Positions 1 through 8,809 of a stretch of DNA of 64,000 nt are shown here, in pieces. Location: the NCBI GenBank assembly GCA_035526025.1, contig DATLDE010000011.1, forward strand, positions 49,374-113,373, given 5' to 3'. This DNA is from Candidatus Limnocylindrales bacterium. GTDB lineage: Bacteria; Patescibacteriota; Microgenomatia; Levybacterales; UBA12049. The notes beneath the pieces are model-generated. The model was not told the origin of the DNA. It ran no database searches and saw only the letters and a program-made list of their open reading frames with translations. The translations under genes were made by a program, and so were the position numbers. How positions within the stretch are numbered: position 1 is the stretch's first letter; the number at the start of each line of letters is the position of its first letter.

Positions 1-679
1 ACTGTGTAAATATACTTGATCTAGCAACAAGTCTCTGTACAGCAGCTTTTTGTACCTCAAGAGGGGCTAAATCAGCACGCGCATATCCTGTCCCCATACT
101 GTTCCATGTACCAGCTGAGAACTGAAATGCGCCATAGTAGCCGTTTCCTGTATTCTTGGCAGGATCCATACCTGCTTCACAGCTTCCAAGATAATTAAGT
201 TGTCCCTCAGTCAACGATTGTGCTGATGCAACAGCCGCTACTGGTGCTGCAGGAGCCTGAGAAACAACAGGAACTTGCGTAACTGCTGCAGACGCACCAG
301 CAGATGGTGTATTCAAGGATGTTGCTACATAAGTATATTCAGGTGTTTCATCTGCTATTCGCTCTTCAAGTTCTGGGTTAAGTAACTCAGGAAGAATTGT
401 TTTGGTGTTTCTAATCTTTAATACCATTCCTGATTCAAGTTTAGCTGCATCTTCAAGCTCTGAATTATCATTCCAGATATTTGTCCAGTAGTCCTCACTG
501 CCATAATAAGCATTGGCAATCATAGAAAGATAATCACCATCTTGAACGATATATGATGAAAATTTCTCATTATTAACTACCTGGCTAAATGAATAGCTGG
601 GTGTCGGGTTGGGAGTTGCTGGCAATGACGTAGTTAATATTGATGATGCCATTACCCCGGCAATTAATGTAGTAATCAT
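1..679 (-). CDS. LysM + Rpf-like (resuscitation-promoting factor) transglycosylase domain protein, 3' end runs off the window
   Basis: Not in ORF track. Manual translation from ATG at 679: MITTLIAG..., LysM-like YIVQDGDYLSMIA...YWTNIW, Ala/Pro linker, then LGSCEAG...NTGNGYYGAFQFSAGTW...ADLAP..VQ, typical of the Rpf lysozyme-like domain with catalytic Glu. Confidence 0.85.
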   Translation of the reverse strand, partial: MITTLIAGVMASSILTTSLPATPNPTPSYSFSQVVNNEKFSSYIVQDGDYLSMIANAYYGSEDYWTNIWNDNSELEDAAKLESGMVLKIRNTKTILPELLNPELEERIADETPEYTYVATSLNTPSAGASAAVTQVPVVSQAPAAPVAAVASAQSLTEGQLNYLGSCEAGMDPAKNTGNGYYGAFQFSAGTWNSMGTGYARADLAPLEVQKAAVQRLVARSSIFTQ

Positions 680-882
680 ATTTAAAACAAAAACCAAATG
701 GCTAATTTAGTCACTTGGCTATGTTTAGGAGTTATTATATACTAATTATTCTTATTTGTCAAGTAGTATAATAATTAAATTTGAGGCTCTAATATAATTT
801 ATATATATCCTATAATATTTTAATCGACTATTTTACGATTCCTTAATACCTTCCATGTAGAAGAGAATTAATTGAGAATTTA

Positions 883-1659
883 TTAATTACCTGACTTCAA
901 ATTAAGTGCGTCAAACTGTTGTAGGGCATGTCTGAAAGGATCTTGACTGACGCGGACATTTCCTGTGAATGGATAATTGATACTGAAAATAAGAAAGAGA
1001 ACACCAGCGATTATTGTTGCCAAAATACCAGTCAATATATAATGAGCTGAAACGCTTTTCATTGTAAAAAAGTACGAGGATATTACTGTAATCAAGCCGC
1101 CACCGATCAATAATGGCCAAAATATAGTTGGTAGACTTGCTTCACCAGCCAAATGCCTGAAGTGCCTCTGCGATTCAAGATTGCCAAGGCTTGACTCTGC
1201 GCTACTGAGTCCCGCTTCTTCTGAGGCATCTTGGGGAACCATATCCCGGTATAACTCCCAAGTACTATTTAAAGGGTCAGGGCTTGTATGTTTCATGACA
1301 GATCCATGTGATTTCCATTCTTTCACCATAACGTACTGAATATAATTCCTGTATTCTGCCTGAGCTTTGGATCTTACAGGTTCAGGAAGCCTCTGAGTAT
1401 CACGGAACGCAACTACAACAGCTGCAGCTTCACTTGTTACTACTGCACGTGTCGTAGTATAACGATCCCAGACCGCAAATACTACGAAGGCCAGGACGAC
1501 TGCATATACCAACGCAGTGGCGCTAAATATATACCCGACAATAGCTTCATCGTTTTTTAAGCTATGGGGTTTTATATAAGGTCTGAGGATCCAGAATAAA
1601 AATAGCGCAATGGAGACTGCTGACCCAATAAAAATAAGTGCATTAATAAAAAGTGACAT
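883..1659 (-). CDS. DUF4239 / bestrophin-like membrane protein
   Basis: 4 hydrophobic segments; motifs YAVVLAFVVFAVW, EA, LP..W, YPF.G...VS.DPF; start taken at MSLF because the longer start lies in the repeat-like segment at 1688-1716. Confidence 0.75.
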   Translation of the reverse strand: MSLFINALIFIGSAVSIALFLFWILRPYIKPHSLKNDEAIVGYIFSATALVYAVVLAFVVFAVWDRYTTTRAVVTSEAAAVVVAFRDTQRLPEPVRSKAQAEYRNYIQYVMVKEWKSHGSVMKHTSPDPLNSTWELYRDMVPQDASEEAGLSSAESSLGNLESQRHFRHLAGEASLPTIFWPLLIGGGLITVISSYFFTMKSVSAHYILTGILATIIAGVLFLIFSINYPFTGNVRVSQDPFRHALQQFDALNLKSGN

Positions 1660-1687
1660 AAAACTAATATCAATAAGTATTAGCTTG

Positions 1688-1716
1688 CCCTGAGCGAGCA
1701 AAGCGAGCCGAACGGG
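1688..1716. repeat. REP-like short palindromic element
   Basis: CCCTGAGCGAGCAAAGCGAGCCGAACGGG at the tRNA-Phe 3' end; related to CCCTTCGACTATGCTCAGG (32107) and CCTGCGAGCGCAAGCGAGACAGG (36403). Confidence 0.45.
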
Positions 1717-1789
1717 TGCTGAGGGTCAGAGTCGAACTGACATAGCCTGTTCTTCAGACAGGTGCCTTGACCACCTTGGCTACCTCAGC
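1717..1789 (-). tRNA. tRNA-Phe(GAA)
   Basis: Acceptor stem GCTGAGG/CCTCAGC-A, anticodon arm CCTGT-CTGAAGA-ACAGG, T-loop GTTCGAC. Confidence 0.95.
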
Positions 1790-1827
1790 AAAAAGCGGTA
1801 ACTGATATTGTATCAAAAAAACCTCGA

Positions 1828-3387
1828 TTAGTCAGCAGTTGTTGTAGTTACTTTATTTACAGGATTTCTTTTTTGTCCGGGACTATCACACTCTCCACTG
1901 CAATTTATAGGAGTACGGGTTACCTGAAGATCAAGCTTGCCATTGGGCTGCAGGCCAGACAATACAAATCTGTCAACTGAAGCTGGTCTGTTTTTGGCAT
2001 CAAAGTAGAGTATTGAGAATGTCTGGGGTTGGCCTGTATCACCCCCCGAAGCTTGGGTACATTTGTCATTCATCGTCCTGAGATTGGCACCACCCGTAGT
2101 ACCAACATTAAAGTTAATAGTTCCTGAATCGAGCTTGACATGCTCAGACATGCACCGATGTGAGTGTCCTGATATAACAATTCGTGTATTATTCACAACT
2201 TCTTTTGCAGCATCAGGCTTATGTACAACTACAAGATCCGGTATTTCTTGATCAACTATCTTCTTAAGTTTCTGTCCAGTTTCCAAATCAGTTTTCACAC
2301 GATCGCTTTGGCCAAATAATTGATCATCCGGTGAATAATCTTTGTCAGCAACTCCTGTAATTTTTATACCCTTAACCTCAACCATTTGACCGTCAAGAAC
2401 AGTTACATTTGGGATGTTGCTGAGAGCGGTCATTGTTTGCTCAGAATCATGATTCCCTCTTACCACATAATAATTAACACCAAGATTTCCCAAATCAGCA
2501 AGAGGTTCATTCTCAAAAGAAGCGCCCCATTCAGTCAAGTCCCCGGCATCAACAACAGCATCAACACAACTTGTCGATATAATAGAACGTAGAAGCGGGG
2601 CAACATTTCTGGAATGTATATCTGATACAACCATAATGCACGTTGATGGATCCTCAGTTGTATTATTTTGCTTTTGTAGAGCATTTGAAAGACGAAGATA
2701 ATTTCTGACTGTTAATGCAATTAAATCGTCATGTTCATCAAATTTTTCTAGTAAACCAAGTTGTTCTTTGGCATAGGCTATACCTCCTGTATATTTAGCT
2801 TTCTCAACGCTTTTACTATCATATGTTGAGGCGGAGTAAGCACTAACAGAACCGGCAAGTACAGCACCAGCCAAAACTCCACGCATAACCATGTGGGCCT
2901 TTTCCTTCCCAGAAGTCTTTTCTTTTCGCGTTATAGCCTCAGCAGATACCCATCCGACACTTCCTCCGAGTGCAAAAATTACCAAATCCCTTGCAAGATC
3001 TTTTTGGATTTCCTTTTTTATTGTTTTGAGGTTATTTCCAAATGATTCGGCAAAACTACTTACACCTTCACCTTCCTGGAGCGTATTCAAAGTTTTCTCA
3101 ACCGGAATAGATCTGACTCTCACATTTTGCCCAAATGGCCCTGAGTGAGTTGGAAGAATAATATCTCCCAAAGGTGTTTCTACTGTGACCCCATGTGTTC
3201 CCAATACAGTTTCCGACTCCCAGACTATACCTTGAGGTTTACTGGTATGCTCTACTGCATCAGGTGCGAGTACTGCCAGAGAGCCCATGCCAACTGCGGC
3301 AACACCCTTGAAAAGCCTACGTCCTGCCCTACGTGTTCTTCTGAATCTATCTTTTCCTTGACTTGAATCCTGTTCAATATTACTCAT
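1828..3387 (-). CDS. Membrane-anchored calcineurin-like metallophosphoesterase
   Basis: Motifs SDIH, AGD, GNHD, VH, GHSH; N-terminal hydrophobic segments. Confidence 0.85.
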   Translation of the reverse strand: MSNIEQDSSQGKDRFRRTRRAGRRLFKGVAAVGMGSLAVLAPDAVEHTSKPQGIVWESETVLGTHGVTVETPLGDIILPTHSGPFGQNVRVRSIPVEKTLNTLQEGEGVSSFAESFGNNLKTIKKEIQKDLARDLVIFALGGSVGWVSAEAITRKEKTSGKEKAHMVMRGVLAGAVLAGSVSAYSASTYDSKSVEKAKYTGGIAYAKEQLGLLEKFDEHDDLIALTVRNYLRLSNALQKQNNTTEDPSTCIMVVSDIHSRNVAPLLRSIISTSCVDAVVDAGDLTEWGASFENEPLADLGNLGVNYYVVRGNHDSEQTMTALSNIPNVTVLDGQMVEVKGIKITGVADKDYSPDDQLFGQSDRVKTDLETGQKLKKIVDQEIPDLVVVHKPDAAKEVVNNTRIVISGHSHRCMSEHVKLDSGTINFNVGTTGGANLRTMNDKCTQASGGDTGQPQTFSILYFDAKNRPASVDRFVLSGLQPNGKLDLQVTRTPINCSGECDSPGQKRNPVNKVTTTTAD

Positions 3388-3463
3388 AGCTGTTGAGAGG
3401 ACTTATTATACAAGATGCGCTACCTAATTAGTATGGAAGAATAATTTCAGAGGAGCGAGATTG

Positions 3464-3536
3464 TGGACGCTGAGGGATTCGAACCCCCGACATCTTCAGT
3501 GTAAATGAAGCGCTCTACCAGCTGAGCTAAGCGTCC
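3464..3536 (-). tRNA. tRNA-Val(TAC)
   Basis: GGACGCT...AGCGTCC-A stem, anticodon arm CTTCA-TTTACAC-TGAAG, GTTCGAATC. Confidence 0.95.
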
Positions 3537-3646
3537 TAAGTAGAATAGATTATAGAATAAATTAAATTTTCAAGCAATGGTTATTTGAGATGACAAAAAG
3601 ACAGTTCATGAAATAATTCCAAAATAATTTCTGATACAATAATAAT

Positions 3647-4102
3647 ATGGATACCCTGCCAGACATGGAAGCATACAGATTCGTTGCGATTCTAAATAAA
3701 AAAATTGAGATTGGTAAGCTGATGAATGCTCTTGGGCATATGGCTGCAGGATTGGGTGGAGGATCAAAAAAAGCCGGTCTTATGTATTTTCTGGAATATT
3801 TTGATAAGGATGGTGGCCTGCACCCAAATATATCAAACTATCCATTTATTGTTCTAGCAGCTGATAACTCCAGTCAGATAAGAACCGCCAGAATTGGAGC
3901 AATAGAAAGAGGAATTTCTTTTACTGACTTTACAAGTTCCATGACTGTCGGATCAACCCAGGAACAGCTAGATAATACCGCAAATACAATTGAGACGGAT
4001 CTTGAATATTATGGTTTATGTATGTTCGGCGCAACACAGGAGCTTCAGGACATCACAAAGAAATTTCACTTTTCAAATAACACTTTGCCCAATCATGAAT
4101 GA
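3647..4102 (+). CDS. DUF2000 family protein (PTH2-like fold)
   Basis: G..MNALGH, Y.D.DG..H..IS.YPFIVL, DFT..M, LEYYG pattern. Confidence 0.7.
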   Translation: MDTLPDMEAYRFVAILNKKIEIGKLMNALGHMAAGLGGGSKKAGLMYFLEYFDKDGGLHPNISNYPFIVLAADNSSQIRTARIGAIERGISFTDFTSSMTVGSTQEQLDNTANTIETDLEYYGLCMFGATQELQDITKKFHFSNNTLPNHE

Positions 4103-4673
4103 AACAAGATCTGAAACAGAAAGAGTATACGCCGTTCCTAGCATGGCATTACTTGAAAGCTTTACTCTCCCTCCCGATAGCTGGTCACCAACCCAGGAAC
4201 CATCTTCAGTTATTGAAGCAGGTGAACAATACAAATTTAAAACAGCATTAGTCATCGGTCGATTTCAGCCTTTGCACTGGGGGCATATTTACTTAATACA
4301 CAAAGCACTGGAGATGTCAAAATCTGTAGTAATAGGAATCGGAAGCTCAAACACAGCTGATGAAAAAAACCCATTTCCAGCCTTACAACGTCACCTTTTA
4401 TTAGAAAGAACTCTCAATAGGGAGGGGATTAGATCAAGAATAAATAATATTGTCCATCTCACAGATCATGATGATGATAATCAATGGTTACAAAGAACAG
4501 TTTACAGGACAGGTGAAGTTGAGGCGGTAGTAGGCAATAATCAATGGGTAAATGGGATTTTTGAAAACGCTGGGTTTCAGACAGTAGAAATCCCCATGTA
4601 TAAAAGACAGATTTATAAAGGTGAGGAGATCAGGAGAAATTTGCGCAGTGCAGGTCTCCTAAGACCCCATTAA
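4095..4673 (+). CDS. Nicotinamide-nucleotide adenylyltransferase-like (cytidylyltransferase family)
   Basis: GRFQPLHWGH (HIGH-type) motif, IGIGS...NPF; start at ATG 4095 overlapping the upstream stop. Confidence 0.85.
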   Translation: MNETRSETERVYAVPSMALLESFTLPPDSWSPTQEPSSVIEAGEQYKFKTALVIGRFQPLHWGHIYLIHKALEMSKSVVIGIGSSNTADEKNPFPALQRHLLLERTLNREGIRSRINNIVHLTDHDDDNQWLQRTVYRTGEVEAVVGNNQWVNGIFENAGFQTVEIPMYKRQIYKGEEIRRNLRSAGLLRPH

Positions 4674-4710
4674 CTAATATCATTTATCAAAAACATAGAA
4701 GTCTTTTTTT

Positions 4711-6183
4711 TTAATTGAAATTCCCAACATCTTTTGAAATCCAGTATTTTATTTTATTTTCCGGCAAAAGCATAATCCTACTCGGACTTAGTCCCTCAAC
4801 AAATTCCTCCGTGTGGCTTACAAAAAGCATTGCCCCTTTATAAGTTTTTAACGCTTCAAGTATTGTTCTTTGCGATACCATATCAAGATACGTTGTGGGT
4901 TCATCAAGTATAAGCAAATTATAATTTTGAAGCATCAGCATCGCAATCGATAGTCTGGTCTTCTCGCCCCCTGAAAGTGTACCGATTTTTTGATAAAGTT
5001 GAGGTCTTGGGAAATTAAATGAACCGAAAATTGGCAATATTTGCTGAAGAGCCAGACTGCATTGCTCCTCAATCATTTCCATTATCGTCTGTTCAAAATT
5101 AAATGTTTCAAATTCTTGTGAGTAATACCCGATATGAAGCTCAGGATCTTTTATAATATCACCAGTTGTAGGCTGCAGTCTTCCCATGAGGATTTTGATA
5201 AATGTACTTTTTCCAGCACCGTTTGGACCATACAGTGCGATGCGCTCTCCACGTTTTATAGCAAGTGATACATCATTTAAGATTTTTTTTCCTTCAAAAC
5301 TTATTGAGATATCTTTCACCCGTAGAGGGATTTCACTGGTTCGCTTTGGCTCAGGGAGCGTAAATTTAATACCACGAACTTCTTTGGGCAATTCTGGCAA
5401 TTTGTCTTTGATACGATCAATACGTGTCTGTACGCTTGCACGCGCTCTCGCACCCTTTTCTGTAAATCCACTTGCCATTTTCAAAAGACTTTTTTTCATA
5501 CGATTTATTTCTTTTTGATCATTCTCAAATTTTTTCGCAAGCATCGCGTCATTGTTTCCTTTTAACTTAACGTATTTTGTATAATTTCCTTTATATTCCT
5601 CAATTTTCTTTGTTGTAGGGTTAATTGCCAGGATTTTATCGATATGATTATCAAGAAGACTGATATCATGAGAAATTATTAGTAGGGTATTTGGATAATC
5701 ACTCAAAAATTCCATTATCCATCTCTTGCCCTCTGTATCCAGAAAATTGGTTGGTTCATCAAGCAAGAGAATCTCTGGCTCCTGAATTATTGCACGAAGC
5801 AAGGCGAGCTTTGTGCGCTGTCCACCACTTAGAATTTTGGGCATTGTGTCCAGATCTGCATTCACTTCAAGAGACTCAAGCATTACCATAAGCTCCCACA
5901 TTTCTTTTTTCATTTCAGGGTCTATATAGCTTTTGATATCTACTGCAGCAACGAGTAGGGGATCATGTTTTACTTCTTGAGGTACATATCCGATACTTCC
6001 TTGAATTTGTAGGGATCCAGTCGAAGCCTGATCTTCACCTCTTAAGAGCTTAAATAAAGTTGATTTACCAGCCCCATTTGGACCGACCAACCCAATCAGC
6101 TCACCCTTTATGACAGAAAAGCTGGAGTCAGTATAGACAACTTGACGGGAATAACCATAAGAAATATTTTTGGCGATAATCAT
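4711..6183 (-). CDS. ABC-F family ATP-binding protein
   Basis: Two ABC domains (GPNGAGKST, LSGGQ/LSGGE, LDEPT) with helical linker and no TM segments. Confidence 0.92.
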   Translation of the reverse strand: MIIAKNISYGYSRQVVYTDSSFSVIKGELIGLVGPNGAGKSTLFKLLRGEDQASTGSLQIQGSIGYVPQEVKHDPLLVAAVDIKSYIDPEMKKEMWELMVMLESLEVNADLDTMPKILSGGQRTKLALLRAIIQEPEILLLDEPTNFLDTEGKRWIMEFLSDYPNTLLIISHDISLLDNHIDKILAINPTTKKIEEYKGNYTKYVKLKGNNDAMLAKKFENDQKEINRMKKSLLKMASGFTEKGARARASVQTRIDRIKDKLPELPKEVRGIKFTLPEPKRTSEIPLRVKDISISFEGKKILNDVSLAIKRGERIALYGPNGAGKSTFIKILMGRLQPTTGDIIKDPELHIGYYSQEFETFNFEQTIMEMIEEQCSLALQQILPIFGSFNFPRPQLYQKIGTLSGGEKTRLSIAMLMLQNYNLLILDEPTTYLDMVSQRTILEALKTYKGAMLFVSHTEEFVEGLSPSRIMLLPENKIKYWISKDVGNFN

Positions 6184-6286
6184 AATTATTTTTGAGGAAA
6201 AGAATTAAACTAATTAGTTCTTGTGAGGGTCGCAAAGCGCAAAACACAATCTCTTCTTACATTTCTATTTATTATACCAGATCTAG

Positions 6287-6369
6287 TGCGGACGAAAGGA
6301 GTTGAACCTTCACACCCTTTCGGGCACTACCACCTCAAGGTAGCGTGTATACCATTTCACCACGTCCGC
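6287..6369 (-). tRNA. tRNA-Leu(GAG)
   Basis: GCGGACG...CGTCCGC-A, anticodon arm CTACC-TTGAGGT-GGTAG, long variable arm. Confidence 0.95.
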
Positions 6370-6376
6370 GTATTTT

Positions 6377-6529
6377 TGTGCCCCTGAGGGACTTTCTTTT
6401 GAACACTTCTTGCCTTGGATTCAGAAAATAATAAATGTTTATCAAAACCTTGAAGATGCTCAAGACGGTCAGCTTATACCTCAGGACATTACAACCTCTA
6501 AAGCATATTATACGAAAAAATTGAATTAA
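6377..6529 (+). pseudogene. Outer att arm (P'): recombinase C-terminal remnant
   Basis: Translates CAPEGLSFEHFLPWIQKIINVYQN...KKLN*, aligning ungapped with 7283-7387 and with 28239-28135 apart from a 4-codon indel. Confidence 0.7.
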
Positions 6530-6559
6530 AAGAAAGTTAAATGATTAATAGAGAATTGG

Positions 6560-6832
6560 TTACTTTCCGTAGACTTCATCATGTGTTCCAATATCGACAA
6601 AGTATGCTGTACTATCATCAAGTAAATGATAAATCATTCTTATATTCATTGTAATTGAGATACTCCACATGTTTGTTAAGTTCCCAGTTAATTTATGGAG
6701 TCGCAATGAAGGATGCCTCGGATTAGTTTTTAATAGCTGTAATTGTTTAATGATTTTCTTTTCTAGTTTTTGATCTGTTTTTTTAATTCTTGATAATTCT
6801 TTTACGACAAGCGGAGAGAGTTTAAAATTCAT
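6560..6832 (-). CDS. RelE/StbE-family mRNA interferase toxin
   Basis: NP.HPSLRLHKL.G, WSISI...R, DIGTHDEVY. Confidence 0.88.
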   Translation of the reverse strand: MNFKLSPLVVKELSRIKKTDQKLEKKIIKQLQLLKTNPRHPSLRLHKLTGNLTNMWSISITMNIRMIYHLLDDSTAYFVDIGTHDEVYGK

Positions 6833-7086
6833 TACAATTCTTCAAAAAACTTAGTGACATCGTTAACTGAAACTGCATTATTAATCTGCTCCATTGCTTC
6901 CTTGGCTCTTTTTTCAGTCCTTTCAGACATTTTAAATGTAGGATATTCTTCAGTCTCTACCTCTTTGATTATGAGATGTTTTACAAATTGAGTTACAGGA
7001 ATACCTAAGCGCGAAGCTTTAGACTGCAATAAATCATTCAGTTGGTCCGAAAGGCTAATTTTGAGTTGTATTTGTTGTGTATTCAT
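6832..7086 (-). CDS. Ribbon-helix-helix antitoxin
   Basis: N-terminal beta strand QLKISL plus two helices, acidic C-terminus, 1-nt overlap with toxin. Confidence 0.75.
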   Translation of the reverse strand: MNTQQIQLKISLSDQLNDLLQSKASRLGIPVTQFVKHLIIKEVETEEYPTFKMSERTEKRAKEAMEQINNAVSVNDVTKFFEEL

Positions 7087-7228
7087 AAAATTACTTAATT
7101 AATACCTAAATTATACCTATAAACTGTAGCTATGTCAAGATATAAAAAAATAAAGTGTTCAACTCTCCTTTAGGTGGTCATAAAAAATAGGCTAAAAATA
7201 CAAAAACTATTAAGTTATAAAATCGCCA

Positions 7229-7387
7229 TTTAGCCCGATATATCAATCTATTCGTATGTTTGAGACCGACCATGTCTCCTCTGGTGCACAAGAGAACTCT
7301 TATTTTGAACTCTTGCTGACATATTGTAACAAGTTGATGGAGGCTTATCAAGATAAAGCTGAAGACAAAATTGATAAAAATGAATAA
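7229..7387 (+). pseudogene. Internal attP-like junction (P+P' arms): complete recombinase 3'-end remnant
   Basis: Translates FSPIYQSIRMFETDHVSSGAQENSYFELLLTYCNKLMEAYQDK...; 30/35 nt identical to 8581-8615; 19 nt (7334-7352) identical to the reverse complement of 28158-28176. Confidence 0.8.
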
Positions 7388-7391
7388 TTCC

Positions 7392-8426
7392 TTATTTCTC
7401 ACTCAAAACATAATAAGTGGCTCTTCCTTGTCCTTTTTTCTGAATAAGTCCTGCATCGATAAGTTTTTGAAAATCTAAAACTCTCGTGGGCTTGGCTCTT
7501 GACACTAGCTTTGCATATTCTCGATGGGTAATTGAACCATTTTCTTTTATAAAATTGAGTATTTTAATATGATAATCTTCTAATCTCGTGACTGATTTAA
7601 TAAAGGTTTCTGGCAGTAATTTTTGAACCCGGAGAAGCTCATCAATAATTCCTTCTGTAAAATACTCAAGCCATCTGGTGAAATCCATTTTCTCAGCTAA
7701 ATCATAATAATTTCCAAATTCTCCAACTGTTTGAAAGTATTTTGTAACATTTTTGTTATAATAATTTTCAAAACTAAAGAGACTGAATGTATTTAAACCC
7801 ATTTTTGCTAACAACACTTTTGTCATGAGTCGAGTTGTTCTTCCATTGCCATCCATAAATGGATGTATAATCACCATTTGTTTATGAAAAATACCAGCTA
7901 AAATAAGTGGATCAATACCTATGTTGTTAACATTGACATACCTTGTAAGCTCTTGAAGCATAGGTATTACATCTTGTACATCAGGAGGTAAATAAACCAT
8001 TTTGCCGGTTCGTGGATCATTAACAACTACCGGCTTTTGTCTAAGACCAATTTCGAACTTAGGAAGTAATCCTTCCATGACTTGTTTTTGAATTTTTAAG
8101 ATGAGGTCAAGTGAAAATTCCACTTTTCCCTCAGAAAGTTGTTGATTTAATTCTTGAAGCGCTCGGTTATAATTAAGTACTTCTTTTTCGCTGTCTCTAA
8201 TATGAGAAGGTGTGGTCTTAAGAATTTTTTTAACTTCGGTAAGAGGTAGTGGATTGCCCTCAATACTTGTGGAAGAGTAAGCTGATACTTCGCGGGCCGT
8301 CTTTTCAAATTCAAGAAGTATAATATTTGGGAAATGTCTGTTATTTAGCTCCGCCACAAGAGAAGTGATTTGCTTAATATTGGCGAGTAAACGTTCTGTA
8401 ATAGTGTACCTAGGATTAAATGACAT
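7392..8426 (-). CDS. Fic domain protein with C-terminal winged HTH
   Basis: HPFMDGNGRTTR catalytic motif, N-terminal STSIEGN inhibitory motif, C-terminal wHTH ending G.GRATYY. Confidence 0.92.
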   Translation of the reverse strand: MSFNPRYTITERLLANIKQITSLVAELNNRHFPNIILLEFEKTAREVSAYSSTSIEGNPLPLTEVKKILKTTPSHIRDSEKEVLNYNRALQELNQQLSEGKVEFSLDLILKIQKQVMEGLLPKFEIGLRQKPVVVNDPRTGKMVYLPPDVQDVIPMLQELTRYVNVNNIGIDPLILAGIFHKQMVIIHPFMDGNGRTTRLMTKVLLAKMGLNTFSLFSFENYYNKNVTKYFQTVGEFGNYYDLAEKMDFTRWLEYFTEGIIDELLRVQKLLPETFIKSVTRLEDYHIKILNFIKENGSITHREYAKLVSRAKPTRVLDFQKLIDAGLIQKKGQGRATYYVLSEK

Positions 8427-8462
8427 TAGACGTATTATAGACGATTACTAGACGATTGTCAA
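8427..8462 (-). promoter_or_regulatory. Fic promoter with three tandem 11-bp direct repeats
   Basis: TAGACGTATTA/TAGACGATTAC/TAGACGATTGT between -35 TTGACA (8462-8457) and the start codon. Confidence 0.65.
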
Positions 8463-8577
8463 GTATGTCTCACAATATTTGATTTAAATTAAAGAATACG
8501 AAGAGAAGAGTTGAACTTTTTTGAAGCTAAATTTATAGATTTGCTTACCACAAATAACTGTATGTTCTTATCAAGAC

Positions 8578-8655
8578 AAAATTAGCCCGATATATCAAGC
8601 TATTCGTCGCTTTGACAATACTACTATCTTCTCATGTGCCCAGGAGAGGAGTTGA
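8578..8655 (+). pseudogene. Inner att arm (P): recombinase remnant running into tRNA-Leu(CAG)
   Basis: Translates KISPIYQAIRRFDNTTIFSCAQERS*, matching KISPLYQAIRGFKDETVLLCADERT of the 10106-11827 recombinase. Confidence 0.8.
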
Positions 8656-8719
8656 ACCTCCACGCCCTTGCGAGCACTGGCACCTGAAGCCAGCGTGTAT
8701 ACCATTTCACCACCTGGGC
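8637..8719 (-). tRNA. tRNA-Leu(CAG)
   Basis: GCCCAGG...CCTGGGC-A, anticodon arm CTGGC-TTCAGGT-GCCAG, long variable arm. Confidence 0.95.
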
Positions 8720-8809
8720 ATGACAGGCTTATTCTAACGCCAAGCATAATTTTAACAGAAGATGATACAGTTGACAACGGAGGTGAATTTTGCAAATATA
8801 TAGTAGCCC

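Larger units (their letters stand above)
6377..8641. mobile_element. Tandem array of two non-autonomous integrative cassettes in the tRNA-Leu(CAG) 3' end
   Basis: Direct repeat TGTGCCC at 6377-6383 and 8635-8641; internal att-like junction at 7229-7352; the arms translate as serine recombinase C-terminal fragments; removal leaves the two tRNA-Leu genes 9 nt apart. Confidence 0.8.

Noticed and set aside
6378-6392. Possible extra tRNA or tRNA pseudogene
   Set aside because: Only the acceptor-end core resembles a tRNA; no cloverleaf
7157-7167. GTTCAACTC at 7157 and its inverse at 8508, matching the tRNA-Leu T-loop
   Set aside because: Only 9 nt and not in register with any core; chance not excluded
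7178-7402. 74-aa minus-strand ORF
   Set aside because: Antisense to the att junction whose + frame is the recombinase remnant; no independent coding evidence
6377-8641. CRISPR array or classical integron interpretation
   Set aside because: No regularly spaced short repeats, cas genes, IntI or attC-type palindromes; the repeats are serine-recombinase att arms
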